Source of the DNA: Candidatus Heimdallarchaeota archaeon
GTDB taxonomy: Archaea; Asgardarchaeota; Heimdallarchaeia; Heimdallarchaeales; Heimdallarchaeaceae
Reading direction: 5' to 3'
DNA length: 64,000 nucleotides
Assembly: GCA_018238545.1 (NCBI GenBank)
Contig: JABCTC010000015.1
Location: 1 to 64,000, forward strand
This document shows positions 49,629-57,206 of this stretch, piece by piece (positions within the stretch are counted from its first letter, which is position 1; each line of letters starts with the position of its first letter). Under the pieces are notes generated by a model. That model saw only the letters and a program-made list of their open reading frames with translations. It did no database searches and had not been told where the DNA came from. The position numbers and the translations under genes are program-made.

Positions 49629-50669
49629 TTAATAGCCTTCATCTATATTTACTTCATTTAGAAACTCTTTTTCTCCTCTAGCAAATCTACTTATGTTTTC
49701 TATTTGTTCATCCCATCGTGTCAAAACACTGAATGGTGAGGCGGCTCTATGGGGGGAGAGAATAACATTATCTAACTCATGAAAAGGATAGCTGGAAGGA
49801 TGCTTTTCCCCTTTTTCATCGGGTTCTGGTCTATAGTCATACCAGACATCAATAGCTGCGCCTAGGATTTTCCTTTCTTTTAATACGTGATAAAATGATT
49901 CTTCATCAATCACTTCTCCCCTAGCCATATTAACAATTAACCCTTCACTACCTAACAACTCTAGCTCTTGTTTTCCTATCATATCTTTCGTCTTTGCTGT
50001 AAGTGGAACAGCTACAATAAGTGTATCAATTGCTTTCAGAAACAAAGGAAACTCTTCAGGTTTATATTGTTTAACAAGCGTAGGGAGAGGATAAGATTGT
50101 TTTTTCCAATCTCTTCTCAGGACAGAAAACTCTACATCAAATCCTGATAATAATCTATGTACCTTTCTATTAACTGCTCCATAACCTAGAAAGCCTATTT
50201 TTCTTCCTCGCAAAGGAAGGGAAACTGCTTCAGTATCTCCTTTTCGCCAATGTCCTTCTTTCATCCAATTATGATGTAAAACAACTTTGTTCGTTAAAGC
50301 TAATAAGAGAGCAACAGCATGTTGAGCAGTATTGTCAGCATTACCATGGCCATTAACTAAAGTCATAGATCGTTCTTTGGTAACTTCTTGGAACAAAGAG
50401 ATAAGATGTTGCACACCAGCACCAGGATTGATAAAAAGTTTAACTTTCTTTGCCGTTTGAAGCAACTCTTTGGTTGGTCTCCAACCCATTATTATGTCTG
50501 CATCTGGAGCTAATTTTAAAAAAGTCTCTTCCTCTGTATCAGGAGGGAAGATCAAATTAACCTGGGGATAGTCTTTCAAACCTAGAGTAAGATACTGTTT
50601 TAGTTCGTCATTTGGCTGCCAAATACAAAGAACATTAACACTCTTTTCTTTTTGCATGGTCAAATTCAA
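49629..50669 (-). CDS. D-2-hydroxyacid dehydrogenase
   Basis: GFLGYGAVN, VPLT..T, NMARG, AAIDVW, LSPHRA. Confidence 0.9.
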   Translation of the reverse strand: MNLTMQKEKSVNVLCIWQPNDELKQYLTLGLKDYPQVNLIFPPDTEEETFLKLAPDADIIMGWRPTKELLQTAKKVKLFINPGAGVQHLISLFQEVTKERSMTLVNGHGNADNTAQHAVALLLALTNKVVLHHNWMKEGHWRKGDTEAVSLPLRGRKIGFLGYGAVNRKVHRLLSGFDVEFSVLRRDWKKQSYPLPTLVKQYKPEEFPLFLKAIDTLIVAVPLTAKTKDMIGKQELELLGSEGLIVNMARGEVIDEESFYHVLKERKILGAAIDVWYDYRPEPDEKGEKHPSSYPFHELDNVILSPHRAASPFSVLTRWDEQIENISRFARGEKEFLNEVNIDEGY

Positions 50670-50750
50670 AAGAAAGTAAAGAAATAAAAACTTTTACAAC
50701 AAATGACAGGAGATTAAACGACTTGATTAAAGAAGAGAGTTAAAAGAGAA

Positions 50751-50827
50751 TGGCGCCGCTGACAGGATTCGAACCTGTGACCGATTGATTAACAGTCAAT
50801 TGCTCCACCGGACTGAGCTACAGCGGC
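50751..50827 (-). tRNA. tRNA-Asn(GTT)
   Basis: GCCGCTG acceptor, ATTGA-CT-GTT-AA-TCAAT, GGTTCGAATCC, encoded CCA. Confidence 0.97.
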
Positions 50828-50895
50828 AACTTTCTTTCGCGCTTTTTACATTTCTTGTGTTTTTAAACCTTTTTTTCTTTGTATACTAAAAATCA

Positions 50896-51588
50896 CTAAA
50901 ATTTTCTGTGTTCTTTTGAACAATGTAATCTATATTTTTTTCTAATTAGGGTAAAGACTAATATCCCAAACATTGTCGATGCTACAAAGAAGTAGGTTTG
51001 GGTTGGTGTTGGAGTAGGTTCTTCTGGAAAAGTAAATGTTTCATTATCACCATTATGGGTTATTTGAATGTCTGAACCATTAACCGCTATTTCAGATGTA
51101 AAATTAATGTAATTATGTCGTTCTTCAGAGTCATCAAGATACATCCAAACGGTGTAGTTACCATCAGGAAGAGCTTCCAAAGTATCATTCACAGAGAGGT
51201 TAATAATTAATATTCCTTCAGTTATTCCAGGATCAATAGTGTGATTGGTAAAAGCATCTCCACATGCACTTGGTCCCCATACTTGTCCAATATACTGCTT
51301 ATTCTCAAAAGATAGATTGGCATTCACAAAAACAAGACAAGTGGTATGGCTTATTATATACAAAATTCTATTTGAGGGATTAATTATCTCAAAACTGTAT
51401 TCGAACTCAAAGAAAGTCCAATTAGGGTACGGTTCTCTATAAACCAATTCTGGAGGAAGAACTATTTCTGTCATACGAGTATATATTGTATGTTCAGAAA
51501 CATCTGCGTAAGGATAAAACAAGGGAGAATGGAAAATAACTAAGATGATAAAACAGACAGATTGAAGATATTTGTACAGTTTTTTCAT
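50896..51588 (-). CDS. Secreted, C-terminally anchored hypothetical protein (beta-rich)
   Basis: Signal-like N-terminus, PTPTPT linker, TM plus RKKYR. Confidence 0.7.
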   Translation of the reverse strand: MKKLYKYLQSVCFIILVIFHSPLFYPYADVSEHTIYTRMTEIVLPPELVYREPYPNWTFFEFEYSFEIINPSNRILYIISHTTCLVFVNANLSFENKQYIGQVWGPSACGDAFTNHTIDPGITEGILIINLSVNDTLEALPDGNYTVWMYLDDSEERHNYINFTSEIAVNGSDIQITHNGDNETFTFPEEPTPTPTQTYFFVASTMFGILVFTLIRKKYRLHCSKEHRKF

Positions 51589-51707
51589 CTACAAAACTAA
51601 GTATTATTCATTATTAAATCTAATCACAAAAAAAATATTCTTTTCTCTGGCAACATTCTTAAGAAGAGTTATGTTAATTTAATCTCAATCGGTCAAGGTA
51701 ATTCCAT

Positions 51708-52376
51708 ATGGACCAAGCTGAAGTGTATAAGAGGAATTGGAACAAATATAGCCGAATTATTAGAGACGGTTTAATCTCTCATCTGGATGATAACTATGTT
51801 CGGTTAGGTAAGAAGGTGCATGATAGGACTAATCCACCTTTCCTTGCTAGTATTGTTAAGGTTGATTCTAGTCTTTGGAAGAAAATTCAGCAAATACAGT
51901 CAGATATTGATAGAATTGATTCAAGACAAGAATTTTTTCACCCAACCTATTTTCACATTACTCTAAGTGAATTTGGTTGGAAAGATCAAGTTGATTACAA
52001 CAAAATTAAACAAAAAATGGAAGATGTTCTTCTAGATTTTTCGCCTTTCAAATTGGAGATTAAGGGGTTAAATTGTTTTGAAAGGATAATTTATGCTCAG
52101 GTTTTTGATAAAAAACAAGTTTTGAGGAGTATTTACTATAGGATGTTAGAAGAGTTTCCTTTTCTAGAAAAACGTTTTCCTGAATATATTCCCCATATTT
52201 CTATAGTCAAAATTAACTCAGAAGAAGCAAAAGATGTAATAGATCAGGTTGAACATAAGTATAGAGAAGTGAGTATAGGTGAAATGTCAGTAGATAATAT
52301 CCAAATTGTTTCAGTAAGACCATACTTAAGCGTTGGAAGGATTAAGATGGAAGATAAGATAGTTCTAAGTGATTAA
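51708..52376 (+). CDS. 2H phosphoesterase (2'-5' RNA ligase-like)
   Basis: Two Hx(T/S) motifs: FHITL and PHISI. Confidence 0.85.
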   Translation: MDQAEVYKRNWNKYSRIIRDGLISHLDDNYVRLGKKVHDRTNPPFLASIVKVDSSLWKKIQQIQSDIDRIDSRQEFFHPTYFHITLSEFGWKDQVDYNKIKQKMEDVLLDFSPFKLEIKGLNCFERIIYAQVFDKKQVLRSIYYRMLEEFPFLEKRFPEYIPHISIVKINSEEAKDVIDQVEHKYREVSIGEMSVDNIQIVSVRPYLSVGRIKMEDKIVLSD

Positions 52377-52449
52377 TACTCATACAAAACAAATTAGTTA
52401 CAATCAAAATATTTTTTATATGCTTACGCTCAAAACTCTTTGCAGAATA

Positions 52450-52524
52450 GCCTCGGTAACTCAGCGGCAGAGTGATTGACTTGTAATCAATTAGTCGGGG
52501 GTTCAATTCCCCTCCGAGGCTCCA
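52450..52524 (+). tRNA. tRNA-Thr(TGT)
   Basis: GCCTCGG acceptor, ATTGA-CT-TGT-AA-TCAAT, GGTTCAATTCC, encoded CCA. Confidence 0.97.
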
Positions 52525-52549
52525 TAAACATTTTTTCTATTATTTCAGT

Positions 52550-53632
52550 TTAATAAATTGGTTTTTTTCTCATCCGTTTGATATTAAATAACACTACGAA
52601 AGCTGATATAAAAATAATGAAACTATATCCTGATGTTTCTCTCAATCTATCTAAACCGCTTATTTCTAGTATTTCTAGTCCTTCAGATGAATCTGTAACG
52701 TAAATTAGATTATCGATAACTTCTAGATCTTGAGGGCTACCAACATCAACAAACTCTCCAACTTTTTTTATTGCTGTGGGGTTAATTACGTCATAAACTT
52801 GTACTCCAGCTATTTTGTTAGCCAGATAAACTAAACTATCTTCAACATATAGATTCTCGATTTTTCCTTCCAAATCCTCTGAACTTAATAACTCTATATT
52901 AGAAGGATCAGTAACGTTCAGAAGCATTATTCCATCTTCTTTGTTTGCAATATAAGCTACTCCTTCCTCCACAGCTATGTCGTGAGCGAGCAGGTTTACA
53001 TCGTAGCTTCCTAAGACCACCATGTTTTCAATATCACTTATGTCCATTATATTCAACCAAGATCTTCCATCAACTCTGAAAATAATTGTATAAAGTATCT
53101 CCTCTTGAATGAGAACATCACTAACTCCACCTTCTTCATCATATTGTGCGATTTCAATAGGATTGGTGATATTGCTCACATCTATTATTTCTAGGCCATC
53201 ATCTACATCCGCAACATAAACAAGATTATCAACAATAAAGAGGTCGCCAACTGTTCCCCCATCATTGATTTGAGAGATTAGGGTAGGATTTGTGGGGTCG
53301 CTGATATTTAGAAGTTTCAATCCTAAATTCTCATCGGTAATATAGGCAATATCATCTTTTATCCAAAACTGATGACCACGATACAAAGGAAAACTGGAAA
53401 TTTCAGTTATATCACTTGGATCACTAATGTTAAGCAAATAGAAATCACCGCATGTTACGTATGCTATATCGTCTACAACCTTTACAGCGTAGGTATACCC
53501 TAAAAAATCAAATTGACCAATCTCCGTTATTTCTAAAACATACTCATCCGAAGCATCAATAGATAACGGATTGAGTACAAGAATTGCTAATGAGATAAAG
53601 AGTAAACAAGATTTTTTTCGGTTTAATTTCAT
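52550..53632 (-). CDS. Secreted LVIVD-repeat beta-propeller protein, C-terminally anchored
   Basis: Repeats AYV.D...GL.I.DVS.P; signal peptide; SGY plus TM plus basic tail. Confidence 0.88.
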   Translation of the reverse strand: MKLNRKKSCLLFISLAILVLNPLSIDASDEYVLEITEIGQFDFLGYTYAVKVVDDIAYVTCGDFYLLNISDPSDITEISSFPLYRGHQFWIKDDIAYITDENLGLKLLNISDPTNPTLISQINDGGTVGDLFIVDNLVYVADVDDGLEIIDVSNITNPIEIAQYDEEGGVSDVLIQEEILYTIIFRVDGRSWLNIMDISDIENMVVLGSYDVNLLAHDIAVEEGVAYIANKEDGIMLLNVTDPSNIELLSSEDLEGKIENLYVEDSLVYLANKIAGVQVYDVINPTAIKKVGEFVDVGSPQDLEVIDNLIYVTDSSEGLEILEISGLDRLRETSGYSFIIFISAFVVLFNIKRMRKKPIY

Positions 53633-53745
53633 TTTATTTCCCCATTACAAGTATTTTGATAACTATTAAATGAACAGAACTTGGAACACTTATTAATCGA
53701 ACTAACAAATCAATTTTTATAATTATTCCATTTTTTGAGGCTATA

Positions 53746-54078
53746 ATGATAAGTTTTCATGATTTTGAGAAAGTTGACATACGAGTTGGGAAAGTTACTC
53801 AAGTTGAAGATTTTCCTGAAGCAAGAAAACCATCCTACAAATTACAAATAGATTTTGGTGAGAAGATAGGTGCAAAGAAATCTAGTGCGCAGCTTGTTTC
53901 TAATTATACCAAAGAGGAGCTTCTAGACAGATATGTCCTTTGTGTTATTAATTTCCCCCCAAGACAGATAGGTCCCGTTATGTCTGAAGTTTTAGTAGTA
54001 GGTGTCCCAGACGAATCAGGTGAATGTATTTTGATCAAGCCCGACAACGATGTTCCGTTAGGTGGAAAGCTATATTGA
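53746..54078 (+). CDS. csaA: CsaA-type tRNA-binding / export chaperone (OB fold)
   Basis: DFEKVDIRVG, FPEARKPSY, KSSAQL, NFPPRQIGPVMSEVL. Confidence 0.92.
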   Translation: MISFHDFEKVDIRVGKVTQVEDFPEARKPSYKLQIDFGEKIGAKKSSAQLVSNYTKEELLDRYVLCVINFPPRQIGPVMSEVLVVGVPDESGECILIKPDNDVPLGGKLY

Positions 54079-54600
54079 AAGATCTTGTCTAGCTTTTTCG
54101 AGTATTCTTCTAATGAAATCAGATTTACTTTCAGTGTACTTTTCCCTATCAAGTTCATACTTCTTTAGCAGGGTTTGCTTCAACTTAGAATACTCTTGTG
54201 CATCTTTAGGGTGTTTTCTGAGATAATCTCTAAATAGAATATGTTTGGGCCATTCTGAATGTTCTTTTTCTACTACATGAAGATGGTGAGTTCTATAATC
54301 CTCTCCCCCTTTAACAAAAAGATATCTGTCAGGAATTCCTTGCTCACCACGATAAATATAACCGAGAGTTTTCAATGGAACGATTATTTTTACTATGTTA
54401 GACAAAGAGTTTATAGCTGCGAGAATATCAATAATTGGTTTCGAAACAATATCAGGTATTGCTGTGCTCCCTATGTGTTCAACATCAACAATAAAATCTT
54501 CAGCTGCAGAAAAAATAAGCGCAGATTCTTCTTCAAAAAGAGTTTTCCACTTGGGATTATACTTGCTTAACTTCACAACACCACGTTTTAAACCAATCAT
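54070..54600 (-). CDS. GrpB family protein
   Basis: EHIGSTAIP, KPIIDI, HHLH, LFRDYLR, Y..LK, YTESK. Confidence 0.92.
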   Translation of the reverse strand: MIGLKRGVVKLSKYNPKWKTLFEEESALIFSAAEDFIVDVEHIGSTAIPDIVSKPIIDILAAINSLSNIVKIIVPLKTLGYIYRGEQGIPDRYLFVKGGEDYRTHHLHVVEKEHSEWPKHILFRDYLRKHPKDAQEYSKLKQTLLKKYELDREKYTESKSDFIRRILEKARQDLSI

Positions 54601-54704
54601 AGTATCGAAACAAAGAAACCTATTTTTGTTTATATTTTTATCTTTTAGCTAGAAAAAAATGTATCATTGCAAAACCATAATTATCTGATGCAGCGATATT
54701 CCCT

Positions 54705-55250
54705 ATGGAAACCTCAAACATGAGAACTAAAAAGTTGAAAATTTATGATGAGCTAACCTCTAGAGTTTCCTATTATTATTCTATGCTGCAAGAAGTTAGA
54801 GAAAGATTACTAATTATTATAGACGATTTAGATGAAGAAATGCTTGATTTCACTCCAGATGAAAGAAACTTTGAAACAATCGGAACGCTTCTGTTTCATA
54901 TTGCAGCTATAGAATGGAGTTGGGTGTTCGAAGATATTGATGGGCTAGAGATGGATTATGAGAAGTTTAAACATGCATTTGCTTTGAGATCTGATGTAGA
55001 CATTCCCCAACTGAAAGGTAAGAAAAAGTTATTTTATCTAAATCAATTGAAGGAAGTAAGAGAAGAGGTATTCATAAGATTAACCAAGTTTTCAGATGAA
55101 GATTTGGATAAAATCGTTGAATCTGATACAGAAAAATTTAGTATAGAATGGATTCTATTTCATATTCTTGAACATGAAACCATGCACATAGGTCAAATAC
55201 TACTACTAAAGAGACTTTATGAAAAACAAAGTTTAGGAAGGTTTACTTAA
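54705..55250 (+). CDS. DinB family protein
   Basis: TIGTLLFHIAAIE..W, WILFHILEHETMHIGQI. Confidence 0.9.
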   Translation: METSNMRTKKLKIYDELTSRVSYYYSMLQEVRERLLIIIDDLDEEMLDFTPDERNFETIGTLLFHIAAIEWSWVFEDIDGLEMDYEKFKHAFALRSDVDIPQLKGKKKLFYLNQLKEVREEVFIRLTKFSDEDLDKIVESDTEKFSIEWILFHILEHETMHIGQILLLKRLYEKQSLGRFT

Positions 55251-55276
55251 TATATTATCATAATAATTGAAACTAT

Positions 55277-56149
55277 ATGAATCCAAAGGAAGAAATCGAA
55301 TCTGAAGTACAAAAACTGCATAATTTTGGATTATTACTAAAAAATGAATCAATTTCAGATATAAGAAACGATTTACATTCTTCAGAGATGTGGGCATATG
55401 TTTTCTGGAGAAGAAGAAAAAACCATGCTAAAAGAAATGATCCTGAGATTCAATTCCTATTTGAAAATAATCCAAAAACAATACTAGAAATTGGTACAGC
55501 CTATGGACGCGTTCTAAACAAGATTGCAATAGAAAACGAAAAACAAACTAACAAAGCAAAATTATTTGGGATTGAGATTTGTAAACACTGTGAGAAATAC
55601 TTCCAAACTTATTCAAAAAAACACCCTTTGTTAGAGAATAACACTATTCTTTTTGATGATTTCTTAAAAAACAACAATGTGTTTCAAAAACAATTTGATG
55701 TAATAGTTTTACCAATGAATACCTTCCCCAGTTTTCCTATTTCAATGTTGGATGATCTATTCTCAGCTGTTAGAAAACACTTGAATCCTAATGGTTTATG
55801 GTTTTTTTCAACCTACAAACCAAAAGCAACTGATAACAAGTTCAATTCAGAAAGTTCAACATGGAATCACAGTGGGGAGTTATTAGTAGACCTAGGCAAA
55901 GACATTATTGCTGGTGAACATTATCAATTTCCAGCAGTTAAGAAGGACTATGGAATGCGAGCAATCACTTATTTCTCATATACCAGACTAACACGAGATT
56001 ACAAATTAAAAGAAAGGATAGTTTATAGAAACACGAGGGAGTTTATTAATCCTGATGATTTGAAGAAAATAATAAGTGACTATGACTTTCATATTAAATT
56101 CATAGACACCTCAAGCCATTCAGCAGTATATTGCTTGTCAATAACTTAG
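55277..56149 (+). CDS. Class I SAM-dependent methyltransferase
   Basis: ILEIGTAYGR, FGIEI, FDVIVLP, HLNPNG. Confidence 0.85.
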   Translation: MNPKEEIESEVQKLHNFGLLLKNESISDIRNDLHSSEMWAYVFWRRRKNHAKRNDPEIQFLFENNPKTILEIGTAYGRVLNKIAIENEKQTNKAKLFGIEICKHCEKYFQTYSKKHPLLENNTILFDDFLKNNNVFQKQFDVIVLPMNTFPSFPISMLDDLFSAVRKHLNPNGLWFFSTYKPKATDNKFNSESSTWNHSGELLVDLGKDIIAGEHYQFPAVKKDYGMRAITYFSYTRLTRDYKLKERIVYRNTREFINPDDLKKIISDYDFHIKFIDTSSHSAVYCLSIT

Positions 56150-56255
56150 ACTTGTATAGTAGTAGTGGTTAGTCTATCAGTTTAACATGTATAAATTAGA
56201 ATTCCCTTCCCTTTTAACTAACCTCAAAATGAAGTTAGGAAAAACAGGTAAGTGA

Positions 56256-56576
56256 TTAGGAGCATTCAGCAGTAACTATTTCCATTAATCCCAAGATTTC
56301 TAGAAGTTTTTTTTCTAGATCTATACCGACAATGCCCGCGAGGGCTAAAGTGCTCAAAAGACTTTCGACTAGCTCATCTTCAATTGTTGGATCACATTCT
56401 AATCCTTCACAGTCATCTAAGATTTGACTGGCAAAAGCATTAAGCATTTTTTCTCCCATAATCCTACTTGGAGTTTTTGGAACGTTCATTACATCTAGTT
56501 GTTTCACACTGTTTCTGCTGTTAATGAGTTCAAGCAGTTTTCTTTGTGCTTCGTTTATTGTTACCATTTTCGTCAC
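56256..56576 (-). CDS. Small helical protein, degenerate MazG-like
   Basis: C-terminal EDELVESLLSTLALAGIVGIDLEKKL resembles the MazG tail. Confidence 0.5.
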   Translation of the reverse strand: MTKMVTINEAQRKLLELINSRNSVKQLDVMNVPKTPSRIMGEKMLNAFASQILDDCEGLECDPTIEDELVESLLSTLALAGIVGIDLEKKLLEILGLMEIVTAECS

Positions 56577-56657
56577 TTACCTTACGAGTTTTTCCTATTT
56601 ATACAGAGATAATATTTACTTATAAAGAAATCTAATATATTCAGCATTTACTACATT

Positions 56658-56771
56658 GTTCCAGTAGAAATTTGATTAATGTGACATGAGTCTGATGATG
56701 TCGTGATTCGTGGGAACTGGGGGGTCTAGCTTGAGAAAACGCCAATTTCCATTGGAAACCATGGGGAGGGG
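56658..56771 (+). promoter_or_regulatory. Candidate ORB elements (putative replication origin)
   Basis: GTTCCAGTAGAAAT (56658-56671), TTCGTGGGAACTGGGGGG (56707-56724), TTCCATTGGAAACCATGGGGAGGGG (56747-56771), next to an AT-rich tract. Confidence 0.55.
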
Positions 56772-57005
56772 CTTTTAGACGCCCTAAAGAAAAATATCGT
56801 GAGAAATGGGCTTATTGTCGGGACTCTGTGAAGGGGTTTTTGTCGGAGAATGTAATACCAGAACAATATTTGTGAATCAGAAATTTTCCGATTTTCCAAA
56901 TAAAAGACGTATATTTGGGAGAAATACAAGATACTGCAGGATTTTTCTTTTTGTATAGAAACTTTAAAAAACTCAAGATTAGAACTCATCCTAATCGTTT
57001 ACAAA

Positions 57006-57134
57006 GGGCCGATAGTTCAGCTGGAAGAACGCTTCGCTTGCAAGAACTAAACTAGTTCCAAGTTCCGAAGAGGCCTCGGGTTCAAGATTCAGTTTCTTGT
57101 GGGAAATTGAGTGAATATCCCGATCGGTCCACCA
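57006..57134 (+). tRNA. tRNA-Ala(TGC) with two BHB introns (37/38: 57043-57064; 59/60: 57087-57117)
   Basis: GGGCCGA/TCGGTCC-A-CCA acceptor; CTTCG-CT-TGC-A|C-CGAAG; TCGGG-TTCAAG|T-CCCGA; both junction pairs form bulge-helix-bulge. Confidence 0.93.
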
Positions 57135-57206
57135 TCCTTTTTTTTATGACTTTATATTCTGACTTATATTATATTCAATAATGAGAAAAACGTAGTTTGA
57201 TAATAA

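Noticed and set aside
56690-56860. SRP RNA, RNase P RNA or C/D-box sRNA in the G-rich intergenic stretch
   Set aside because: No SRP helix-8 or RNase P P4 signature and no properly ordered C/D boxes. An imperfect stem (56719-56728 with 56775-56784) exists, but the ORB interpretation fits better
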